A stretch of 64,000 nt of DNA from a virus: positions 64,001 to 128,000 of the IMG/VR virus record IMGVR_UViG_3300023202_000336; one strand, written 5' to 3'. The translations under genes were made by a program, and so were the position numbers. A model generated the notes under the pieces. That model saw nothing but the letters and a program-made list of their open reading frames with translations. It did not search any database and was not told the origin of the DNA. Shown here piece after piece: positions 9,337 through 17,745 of this stretch (position 1 is the stretch's first letter; the number at the start of each line of letters is the position of its first letter).

Positions 9337-9714
9337 ATGGGCGAGGTTTACGCGAAGATCGAAGACGAGTACGCGATGAAGATCTCCGATTACGAGACCT
9401 TTGTCTTCGAGGGCCATCATGGAGTGACGATCAGTCGCGAATTTTACGAGCAGCTCAAGCGTGATGAAGCTCCGGAAGAAGCCTCTGAAGACGTCTCTGA
9501 AGACGTGAGTGCCGTGAACGATGAAACGACTACTGCAGTCGTTTTCGACGATGTCGAAACGTTCGAGGATGCTGGCGATTTCGGCCACGTTATCGCGAAA
9601 GTTCCAGACGTTGACTCCGCGCCCGAGGATAAAACCGCTCCGGTAGAAGATCAGAAGCCTGAGGTTCTTAAGAGCGAGCTGACCGGTCGTCGGCGTCAGC
9701 GCTCCGCATCCTAG
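9337..9714 (+). CDS. Acidic hypothetical protein; frame open from 9238
   Basis: 33 sense codons between the upstream TAG and the first ATG. Confidence 0.5.
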   Translation: MGEVYAKIEDEYAMKISDYETFVFEGHHGVTISREFYEQLKRDEAPEEASEDVSEDVSAVNDETTTAVVFDDVETFEDAGDFGHVIAKVPDVDSAPEDKTAPVEDQKPEVLKSELTGRRRQRSAS

Positions 9715-9752
9715 GCAATTGCAGCCCTCGGAGGGTTGCGTAAAGTGGTATC

Positions 9753-9923
9753 ATGAAAGCCACGCATGCCGCTATCGGACGCGGACTTGCGAAGTTCGCG
9801 CATGCTCCGTTAGTAAAAATTGCTCACGTAAAGGAAGCTCGTCGGAGATGGCTCGAAGACGACGACCTCATTAAACTGTGCAGGCTCTTCAAGGAGAAGC
9901 ACAAGGCCGGGAGTGCTGAATGA
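9753..9923 (+). CDS. Small basic protein (56 aa, MKATHAAIGRGLAKFAHAPLVKIAHVKEA...), missing from the ORF track
   Basis: Translated by hand; ATGA overlap with next gene; K-x-A motifs like the head proteins. Confidence 0.55.
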   Translation: MKATHAAIGRGLAKFAHAPLVKIAHVKEARRRWLEDDDLIKLCRLFKEKHKAGSAE

Positions 9924-10951
9924 CTGCTCCGTCGATTCTTTCTGCACAGCATCAAGACACGACGCTCTACATAATTTTTGATAGAGCAATCTCGGTAACC
10001 GGTGGTTCCGAGCTTGATGGGTTTACGTTCACGCTCGATCCCGGCGGAGTTATCACCCCGTCTTTTAGCAGCGTCGACGACAACGCGCTGATCGCGACGC
10101 TTTCGTCCGCCGTTAATCCCGGCGAGACGTTGAACGTCGATTACGATAGTGGAACGGGAACTGTTGTCGAAGCGGTTGCCCCGAACGACCCTGCAGGTGA
10201 CTTCGACGTCGATGCAGTCGCTTACTTCGAGACACCAATTGTTCGGCGAGCAGAAACCGGAAGCGGTGCCGGGAACAATGACGACGTTACCATTTTCTTC
10301 GGAGAGCCGGTCGCATCGACTGACGGTGACCTTCTCGCCGGTATCACCATTAATGTAAACACCGCTTCAATCGATCTGAGTAGCGCAACCGCTTCGCTGA
10401 ACGCTGATCAGACCGAACTGACGATTTCGACTGGTACCAATTTCGTTTTCTCAGATACAGTCACTGTCGATTACGATGACTCGTCCGGGAACTTGAAGAC
10501 GTTCCCGACCGGATTCGTCGCAAGCTTTACCGGACTCGCAGTCACGAATCTTTCGACCGATGGGCTTCCGGATAGCCAGTACCCGAACAGCTTTGCCGTG
10601 AAGCAGCCGCTCGATGTGAAGGATAGCGTCGTTACCGGCGTGGTCGCGGTGAATCTCAACCCGGTTGATCTCGAGCTCGTCGATAAGTACGGGCCGATTT
10701 CCATCGTTACCGGCGGTGACTTTGGAACGTCGACAACTTGTACTATCGTTGGTGGTAATCAGAACATCATTGACGGTGTCGAAGTGAAAGAGTCTTTTAC
10801 GAAGGATGCATGCGGTTCGATCGTGAACGCAACCGACGCCGCTGCTGATTGGCAGGATAAGATTATCGACCGCATAAGTGTTGAGCTCGGCGCACTGAGG
10901 ACCATCGATCAGAACGTGACCAACGTGAACGAAACCGTAGTGAGTATCTAA
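9920..10951 (+). CDS. Virion structural protein with Ig-like repeats
   Basis: Two similar beta-rich T/V/D segments (..VDYDSGTG.. / ..VDYDDSSGNL..). Confidence 0.5.
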   Translation: MTAPSILSAQHQDTTLYIIFDRAISVTGGSELDGFTFTLDPGGVITPSFSSVDDNALIATLSSAVNPGETLNVDYDSGTGTVVEAVAPNDPAGDFDVDAVAYFETPIVRRAETGSGAGNNDDVTIFFGEPVASTDGDLLAGITINVNTASIDLSSATASLNADQTELTISTGTNFVFSDTVTVDYDDSSGNLKTFPTGFVASFTGLAVTNLSTDGLPDSQYPNSFAVKQPLDVKDSVVTGVVAVNLNPVDLELVDKYGPISIVTGGDFGTSTTCTIVGGNQNIIDGVEVKESFTKDACGSIVNATDAAADWQDKIIDRISVELGALRTIDQNVTNVNETVVSI

Positions 10952-11916
10952 TGACCGCACTTGATAACGCTCTTAAGAAAGTCGCTCAGCTCTATGAGGA
11001 TATGGATAACGTTGAGCGATGGTATCAGCGTCAGATGCGAACGTATCCGAACCGAAGAGCAGCATACGAGCAGCAACTTCAGAAGTATCTCGAGAGAAAG
11101 TCCAAGCGCGAGATGCGTCGCCAGCGAAATACCGCGAAGCAGGAGGCGCGTCGGAAGGCCGATAAAGAATGGCGTCAGCGAGTAACCAAGGGGCTGCGCG
11201 AAGCACAAAGTCGGCGGAAGACGCGAGAGGCTGACCCGGTTTACGCCGCGCAGCTGGCACGAAGTTATCAGGTTGCCGGGACCCCTCAGTCCAAGCGGCC
11301 CAGATGGCTCCATCATGCTGCCGCGACGCCTGCGTTCCAGCAGGCCTCGCAGGCGATTAGCGGTTTCAGGCGCGCAGGGGGTGGCGTGTATGCGCAGTCG
11401 GTGACTTCTCCGAGACACCGCCAGTTCCAGCGTCAATTAGGGAGGGTCGCCGAGCTTCCGGCGTATCAGGCCCGCGCCGCGCAGACTGCTGCGCAGTACA
11501 GGGCTCCGACTCCCGGGGCAGGGAGCGGATTCTTTTCGTCGGTCGGGGAAGGTCTCGGTAAAGCCTGGGAGGGCATTAAAGGAGTCGGGCAGACCATCGG
11601 AGGGCTTTTCGGTGGAGCCAAGACCGCTCAGTCGGCTGATCTGATGTCTCCGATGTTCGGAAGGTATCGGATGAACTTCAACCGCCCCTTCCGATTCAGA
11701 TCTCGGCGTCCGCTGATGACGTTCGGAAACGGTGGCCGTTTCGTTCCTGGGTCTGGCGAGCAGCGATTCGGGGGCCCGTTCGTCCCTGGATCAGGCGAGC
11801 AGCGCTTCGGTGGGAAGTTCAAGCCCGGATCAGGGGAAACATGGTTTAGTGGTCGTTTTAAGCCTGGATCCGGCGTGATGTTCGGGAAGGGTAAGCACCG
11901 TCCCAGGGGCCTTTAA
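10951..11916 (+). CDS. Very basic Arg/Gln-rich protein with C-terminal PGSG repeats (candidate internal head/DNA-binding protein)
   Basis: Composition; four ~12-aa repeats. Confidence 0.55.
   Translation: MTALDNALKKVAQLYEDMDNVERWYQRQMRTYPNRRAAYEQQLQKYLERKSKREMRRQRNTAKQEARRKADKEWRQRVTKGLREAQSRRKTREADPVYAAQLARSYQVAGTPQSKRPRWLHHAAATPAFQQASQAISGFRRAGGGVYAQSVTSPRHRQFQRQLGRVAELPAYQARAAQTAAQYRAPTPGAGSGFFSSVGEGLGKAWEGIKGVGQTIGGLFGGAKTAQSADLMSPMFGRYRMNFNRPFRFRSRRPLMTFGNGGRFVPGSGEQRFGGPFVPGSGEQRFGGKFKPGSGETWFSGRFKPGSGVMFGKGKHRPRGL
11737..11874 (+). repeat. Four ~36-bp imperfect coding repeats (F(V/K)PGSGEQRFGG)
   Basis: Seen in DNA and translation. Confidence 0.85.
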
Positions 11917-12794
11917 TGTCGATCGCTCCTATTGAGATCGCTCCTTCGTCCGAGCCGTCACAGACGAAGACGGCCCGCGTTCCTCACCAGGGCAGGAAGC
12001 AGCTCGTTTTTAAATTGACGAACGCCGACGGCAAGGCGCTGAAACTCGACGAAGAAGTTGAAAATCCGCCGGCCGATCTTCCCGACTTCTCACCGCAGAA
12101 ATCAGCGACTGGGACGAAGGTTTCTATTCGGCTTAAAAGTAGTCAGGGTAGTCTGACCGGCCCTTCGATGTTCGACATTCAGGGCGAGATTCTCGATCAG
12201 GAGAAGTATCGCGGGTTCGTCGTCTTTCAGCTTACGCAGGAAGAGACGAACCGCGCTGGAGTACACGAAGCTTCAATCGGCCGCTTCGTTTCTGGTGAGT
12301 ATCTTACGGACGTTTGGCGGGTACTCATAATTATCGAGCCGAGTGCTTTCTCTCAGCTTCAGGGAGTCGGTCCTCTGACTATTCCGGAGATTCGTCTCGC
12401 ACTTCTCGATCTCGAGACCACGACCGGTGGGGCACCGTTTAACAATCTGCTTGATGACGTCGAGTTCCAGGAAGTTGAGATCGTTCATGCGATGCGTCGT
12501 GTCATCGACAAGTGGAACGAGACGCCTCCTCCTGTGAACCCGCATACGCCCGCGAGTTTCCCGTATCGGTACTGGTGGCTTCAGGGTACGTGCGCGCATC
12601 TGCTTCTGATGGGAGCGGCTCGATACCGGCGTAACCGTCTCGACTATCAGGCCGGCGGAGTTGCCATCAACGATCAGTCGAAGGCGAATGAGTACGAACA
12701 GATCGGACGATTGAAGATGCAAGAGTTCGATCAGTGGATGATGCATGAGAAGACGCGTATCAACATGGACCGCGTGTGGGCGACCGGGATCTGA
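11916..12794 (+). CDS. Putative neck/head-tail adaptor protein
   Basis: NNLLDDVEF..NETPP..RNRLDYQAGGVAIND pattern; position between head and tail genes. Confidence 0.55.
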   Translation: MSIAPIEIAPSSEPSQTKTARVPHQGRKQLVFKLTNADGKALKLDEEVENPPADLPDFSPQKSATGTKVSIRLKSSQGSLTGPSMFDIQGEILDQEKYRGFVVFQLTQEETNRAGVHEASIGRFVSGEYLTDVWRVLIIIEPSAFSQLQGVGPLTIPEIRLALLDLETTTGGAPFNNLLDDVEFQEVEIVHAMRRVIDKWNETPPPVNPHTPASFPYRYWWLQGTCAHLLLMGAARYRRNRLDYQAGGVAINDQSKANEYEQIGRLKMQEFDQWMMHEKTRINMDRVWATGI

Positions 12795-12800
12795 CGCGTT

Positions 12801-13505
12801 ATGGCCGAACCCATTGTCGGACTCGGAGTTCCTGCCGCAGCGCTTCTCTACGAACTAGTCGGTAATCCTCTTCTCGGACGTTACGCAGGAACGCCGCTCG
12901 ACGAGCGCCGGCTCGATGACCGCCGACGTCGAGCGATACTCAAGCGAGTTGGTGCACATCCGAAGACACCTTGGACCGAAGTAGAGGCAGAAGAAGGTGA
13001 CGAGCCGAGCGCTTTCGTCGACCCCTCAAACATTGAAGCGGCCCAGACTGCATTCAATCTCAAGCTGACCCCCGCACAGAAACGTCTTGCAGAGAAGCAC
13101 GGTGTTATCCTGACCCACCCGCGCTCGAGTTCTGCAGTTTTTGCGCATGAGGCGGGCCATGCCGCTGAACAGCAGCAGCACAAGCGGCCGTTCTGGCCGT
13201 ACGCACTTTCTACTGGGCTTGCTGGTATCGGCGGAGCGCTCGCTGGCGGGATCGGCGGACATTATTTTAAAAGTCCGTACGCTGGCATGGGGATTGGCGG
13301 GCTTACGGCACTTGCGCTCGGTGCTCCGATGTTGTACGAAGAGTATCGTGCAAGTCGGCGCGCAGATGAGCAGCTGAAGAAAGATGAGAAGAGGAAGTGG
13401 CCTGGGCGCAAGCGCCTCGGATCCGCTTTTCTGACTTACCTCGGCTCGGCGCTTGCTCCTGCTCTCGCCGTCGGCGCTTATACAGGGTACAAAGCCTCAC
13501 AATGA
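12801..13505 (+). CDS. Membrane-anchored putative zinc metallopeptidase
   Basis: VFAHEAGH (HExxH) followed by Gly-rich hydrophobic helices and a later EEYRAS. Confidence 0.6.
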   Translation: MAEPIVGLGVPAAALLYELVGNPLLGRYAGTPLDERRLDDRRRRAILKRVGAHPKTPWTEVEAEEGDEPSAFVDPSNIEAAQTAFNLKLTPAQKRLAEKHGVILTHPRSSSAVFAHEAGHAAEQQQHKRPFWPYALSTGLAGIGGALAGGIGGHYFKSPYAGMGIGGLTALALGAPMLYEEYRASRRADEQLKKDEKRKWPGRKRLGSAFLTYLGSALAPALAVGAYTGYKASQ

Positions 13506-14317
13506 CCATTCGTCCGGAAAAAAGAGGGCCGTTTCGCAGGTTGACCGTCGACGCCCATTTCAACGCGATCGTTGAAAACCGGGTGCTCGTCGAGTGGGCG
13601 CTGAACAGAGAGTTTGACAATCCAGGGCCGTACAAGTTCACGCTCTTTCGTGGTTTCGCGGTGAACGATGACAACTTCATTCCGGTATCTGAAACGATCG
13701 ATCAGCCTTGGCTCTACGATAACAATCCGGCGAGGCCGGCGAAGGGAACCGACGTTTTTTACCGGGTAACGCTCGAGGACGGAAACGGAGACGTTTTTAC
13801 TTCGCAGGCGGTATCTGCCGGGACCAACTGGGAGCGTTACGACTGGACGCTTGCTCGGGAGATCATTCGTAAGGAGTCGCTGCTCCTAGCGAAACGGACC
13901 GGTACCGATGGGTTTCTTCTGAAGCGGCGGGTATTTGGAGACAGGTGCCCGTGTACCGATCCGGAGACACTTCGGACAGTCGATCCTGATTGCGACCAGT
14001 GCTTCGGTACCGGTATTCTCGGTGGATACTATGATCCCGTCCGTTACCCGGTTTCGATGAATCCGGTGCAACGGATCAAGAAGCTCAATCAGGACACGGG
14101 GCTTCAGTCTCAGATTATCGAGACAGTGCGTGCCTTGGCGCACCCTCGGCCGTCTCAGAACGACGTCTGGGTTCATCGATTTACCGATCAGCGATATATT
14201 GTACAACCAGATATCGTAGCGATCGCGCGTCACCGTGGCGTCGATCTCATCCTCAATCTTCGTCTCGAGGAACGAGCCCGTTCCGAGTCGATTTACGACA
14301 TCCCGGTGCCATGCTAG
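13502..14317 (+). CDS. Putative neck/head-closure protein with Cys cluster
   Basis: ATG at 13502 overlapping upstream stop; RCPC..DCDQCFGTG..GGY motif. Confidence 0.55.
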   Translation: MTIRPEKRGPFRRLTVDAHFNAIVENRVLVEWALNREFDNPGPYKFTLFRGFAVNDDNFIPVSETIDQPWLYDNNPARPAKGTDVFYRVTLEDGNGDVFTSQAVSAGTNWERYDWTLAREIIRKESLLLAKRTGTDGFLLKRRVFGDRCPCTDPETLRTVDPDCDQCFGTGILGGYYDPVRYPVSMNPVQRIKKLNQDTGLQSQIIETVRALAHPRPSQNDVWVHRFTDQRYIVQPDIVAIARHRGVDLILNLRLEERARSESIYDIPVPC

Positions 14318-14448
14318 AAGACGTTATCATTCGTCGTAGAAAAGGTGAGAAGCCGAGAGAGAAGGAGGAGCGGCCGGTAGTAGCCCCGCGGCCCGCTCGC
14401 CCACTCATCTCTCGTACGTATGGACCCCTTCGTCGCGTGAGATTCTGA
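14311..14448 (+). CDS. Small basic protein (45 aa, MLEDVIIRRRKGEKP...), missing from the ORF track
   Basis: Fills the gap exactly, overlapping both neighbours (TGATG). Confidence 0.45.
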   Translation: MLEDVIIRRRKGEKPREKEERPVVAPRPARPLISRTYGPLRRVRF

Positions 14449-15272
14449 TGACAAAACGTGACGACGGAAACGAACAGGACCTCCGGATACGGAATGACCT
14501 CGACGCGAAGCCGCTCGATGATGACAACCCATTTACCGGTACTATTCCTGAGGGGAAAGATCCCTGCGTCGACGGGCACGGTGATCAGACTGATATCCCC
14601 CCTCCTGAGCCCGAGCCGGGTGATGAGATCCTTTATAACTGGGCTGATATCTCAGAGGTATGTCCTGACGGCTTCTCGATAGATACGCTCGATCTCTTCA
14701 TGATACGTCTCATGAAGAACCATTTCTCGTCTGCCGACAAGATCTTCGATCCCGAGCTCAAGTCATTGGTTTTCTCTGAAGACTCTGGCGAGACGGGAAT
14801 CCGGATTGTATTCAATACGAACTGGGACGCCGAGAACGTCGGGTTTCTTCCGGCGATCATCGTCAAGCGTCTCCGTCAGCGGTCACCGCAGCACTCGGTG
14901 ATCGGCGACCGGGGTGAAACGAGCGATCTCGCCGCTGGGACTGAGCGCTTCGTACGTCATTATCAAGGCGGGCATCGCTTTCTCGTGATGGGCGAGACCG
15001 ATGCTCAGACAGAAGCGATCGCGAAAGAGCTCCACTTCTTTCTCACCTGCTTTAGCCCCATTTTCCGCTCGGAACTCCCGTTCCACGACTTCCAGGTAAC
15101 CGATCTCGGTGAGCTCGGTCTCCTCGATGGGACTGGGAATACGTTCGCCGTCCCCGTCCAGGTCGTTTACGCTTACGAGTTCGCCTGGACAATCCAGCGG
15201 ACTCGCCGAGACTTGAGGGGCGTTCGGATTTCTCTGACGACCAACCTTTCGTCGGATCCGACGAGGAGTTAA
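14448..15272 (+). CDS. Putative tail terminator/completion protein
   Basis: Directly before the sheath gene; PAIIVKR motif. Confidence 0.45.
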   Translation: MTKRDDGNEQDLRIRNDLDAKPLDDDNPFTGTIPEGKDPCVDGHGDQTDIPPPEPEPGDEILYNWADISEVCPDGFSIDTLDLFMIRLMKNHFSSADKIFDPELKSLVFSEDSGETGIRIVFNTNWDAENVGFLPAIIVKRLRQRSPQHSVIGDRGETSDLAAGTERFVRHYQGGHRFLVMGETDAQTEAIAKELHFFLTCFSPIFRSELPFHDFQVTDLGELGLLDGTGNTFAVPVQVVYAYEFAWTIQRTRRDLRGVRISLTTNLSSDPTRS

Positions 15273-15274
15273 TC

Positions 15275-17290
15275 GTGGCTGTATGCGCTCCTGTTGAGAG
15301 AGAATCGCTTCTGAGCAACTTCCTCGAGATGCCGGGGGAGCTGGTCGATGATCTGCGCACCATTATCGTCGGTCCCGATTACGCTTCTCGGAAGCACGAT
15401 GTCGAGTCTTCGACGAATCTCGTAGGAGCCTACGACGAGACGGCAGGTACCAGCAGCGCGTGGCCGAACCTTCAGAGTGACGAAACGGTCGATTTGACCA
15501 CAGCGAAGGTCTTCATAGCGAACGCGCTCGTGAACTACTACGCCGATACCGCACCTGCCCCCGGCGCAACTGAAGGTGCTCAGAGCGGTACGACTCCGAG
15601 CGCAATCATTCACGATAGTGGAAATACGATCTGGACTGGTTCGAGCTTCACTCCAGCGCTGAATATACCTGTCGAGGTTGGCGACTACGTGAAGTTGGAC
15701 GACGAGGGCGGAAACGTTCTCGAAACGAGAGTCGCAGGATTCGACTCATCCGGCTCAGACCCGGATATCCTCATCCTCGAGGACAACCTCCCTACCGCAC
15801 TTACCGGTGGCGCGAACTTCAACGTGATTCTCGCAGAGATCGTTGATGAGATCGAGCTCGATAGTACCGACGTTACGTTGGCTGCATCGACGGTTCAGGC
15901 GGACGCCGGTATTACCGCTTCGACCGACCGCACAGGATCGACGTCCTACCCCGTTATCGGAGGGACCGATTTTTCGGATGTATTCACTGATTACCGAGCG
16001 ATCCGTGATACGAACGAGAATACCGTAATCTCGGTTCGAGAGCCTTCCGAGCTCGGCTCGTTCTTCGTCGGTTACGAGAATCCCGATTCCGAGCTCGGGT
16101 TCGCGGTTGCGCGAGCACTCGCACCGGTCACGGATCCTCCGACCTCGAACCCGCCTGCGGTACTGTTTATTGCGCTTCAGTCGGACGACCTTGCCGGCTA
16201 TCAGGAAGCGTTTAGTCGTATACGTAATCGACGTGACTGGTACATAGTTGCCCCACTTACCGAGGACATCAGCGTGATCGGTGAGTTGACGACGTTGCTT
16301 TCGCAACGGAGCCTGCTTGACCTTACCAGCCATGGAATGGTCTCGCAGTCGCTGACGCTCGAGACCATCCTCGTATCCGGGGCTGGAAACACCGTGAACG
16401 TCGATGACTCGTTGACTTCTGGTGAGGATCGGACGGTAACGAGAGACGGAGGTATCACCGATCCGTTTGCTGACGCGATAGCAGGCGACATCGTTCAGAT
16501 CGCTGGCACTGATTTCACGATCGAGTCGGTCGTAAGTAACCAAACGGTAATTATTACCTCTCCCACTACGTCCGGTCCTGGGCAGACGCTCAACAACGTC
16601 CGTCATCCACTCTCGTTCGAGGAGCAGGCGGAAGATTACGGGCAGCGCGCTTCGGCTTTCATGAATCGTAATCTTTCCGTGATTTTCCCTCCGGACCCGC
16701 AATGGAACGGGGAAGTCGTCGAAGGCTATCTTTTCGCGGCAGCGACGGCAGGTATTCGCGGGTACACGATGCCGCATCAGAGTATCGTCGGTACGCTCTT
16801 CGAAAGTGGATGGTCGGTCCCTCAGTCTGCGGGCGAGTTCCTCCCGTTCCTGGATGACCTTGCTGCGGACGGTGTTTTCGTGATCGAGGAGTGCGAATCT
16901 CTCCCGGGGAATGCAGTTATTCGCGATGGGAACAATACCGACCAGAGCTCGACGATTGCATCGAAAGAAAGCCTGACGGCAAATTCCGATGCAGTACGGC
17001 GCTTCTATCGCGGACGGCTCGGAGCTTTCAGTGGTAAGAACAAGATAACGGTCGCGTTGATCAACACGCTGCGAGCGGAAGCAATTGGTGCCGGCGAGTT
17101 CCTGATGACCTCCACCAGAGTGAAACCTTTCGGGAGCGTAATCATAGAGCACGTGGTCGGCGCGCTGACGCAGGATCCTGTGAACATTACGAAGCTGATC
17201 ATTCCGATTACAGTGACGATTACGCCGAGCTTGGAAGATGTGGACGTTAGTATCACTATTCTGACCGAGTTTGCGACGGCGGTAGTATAG
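15275..17290 (+). CDS. Contractile tail sheath protein
   Basis: 671 aa; YLFAAATAGIRG and C-terminal IIIPITVTITP..VSIT pattern; followed by small tube-sized gene. Confidence 0.7.
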   Translation: MAVCAPVERESLLSNFLEMPGELVDDLRTIIVGPDYASRKHDVESSTNLVGAYDETAGTSSAWPNLQSDETVDLTTAKVFIANALVNYYADTAPAPGATEGAQSGTTPSAIIHDSGNTIWTGSSFTPALNIPVEVGDYVKLDDEGGNVLETRVAGFDSSGSDPDILILEDNLPTALTGGANFNVILAEIVDEIELDSTDVTLAASTVQADAGITASTDRTGSTSYPVIGGTDFSDVFTDYRAIRDTNENTVISVREPSELGSFFVGYENPDSELGFAVARALAPVTDPPTSNPPAVLFIALQSDDLAGYQEAFSRIRNRRDWYIVAPLTEDISVIGELTTLLSQRSLLDLTSHGMVSQSLTLETILVSGAGNTVNVDDSLTSGEDRTVTRDGGITDPFADAIAGDIVQIAGTDFTIESVVSNQTVIITSPTTSGPGQTLNNVRHPLSFEEQAEDYGQRASAFMNRNLSVIFPPDPQWNGEVVEGYLFAAATAGIRGYTMPHQSIVGTLFESGWSVPQSAGEFLPFLDDLAADGVFVIEECESLPGNAVIRDGNNTDQSSTIASKESLTANSDAVRRFYRGRLGAFSGKNKITVALINTLRAEAIGAGEFLMTSTRVKPFGSVIIEHVVGALTQDPVNITKLIIPITVTITPSLEDVDVSITILTEFATAVV

Positions 17291-17300
17291 GGAGCCGTAG

Positions 17301-17738
17301 ATGGCTGACGCAACTTGTTCTGAACACCGACTCGAGGGTACGATTCGTGGGACGAATTTTACCATCGAAGGAATCGATGACGCTGCGGCGGGGCTCGTTC
17401 AGAGCTTTCAGCTTCAGTTCAAGAGAGAGCTCGCAAGGATCTACGATCTTGCCGATCCTGGGTTCTACTACATTGAGGGGCCGAGCGAGGGGAGAGTTGG
17501 GTTCAGTAAAATCGTTGGCCCGAAAGGTGCTCCGAAACTGACGTGCGACTGTGAGCCGAGAACGCTCGTACTCAATGCTGGCGAGACGATCTGTTTTCCG
17601 GAACCGACCGCTGCCCAGATCGAAGGAGCGACGTACACTCTTCTCAACGCGCTCCCGTTTGGCATTAGTGGTCAGGGAAACTCGAATAACTTTTTGATCA
17701 GTTTTAGCATAAGCTATCTCTTCAGCGATTTAAGGTAG
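17301..17738 (+). CDS. Tail tube protein
   Basis: 145 aa after sheath; LVQSFQLQFKRELARIYDL..YYIEG pattern. Confidence 0.7.
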   Translation: MADATCSEHRLEGTIRGTNFTIEGIDDAAAGLVQSFQLQFKRELARIYDLADPGFYYIEGPSEGRVGFSKIVGPKGAPKLTCDCEPRTLVLNAGETICFPEPTAAQIEGATYTLLNALPFGISGQGNSNNFLISFSISYLFSDLR

Positions 17739-17745
17739 TGCCGTT

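Noticed and set aside
15755-17365. 536-aa minus-strand ORF, and similar long antisense ORFs at 2003, 25613, 30067, 49864 and 63330
   Set aside because: Shadows of codon-biased plus-strand genes; no motifs or SD sites.
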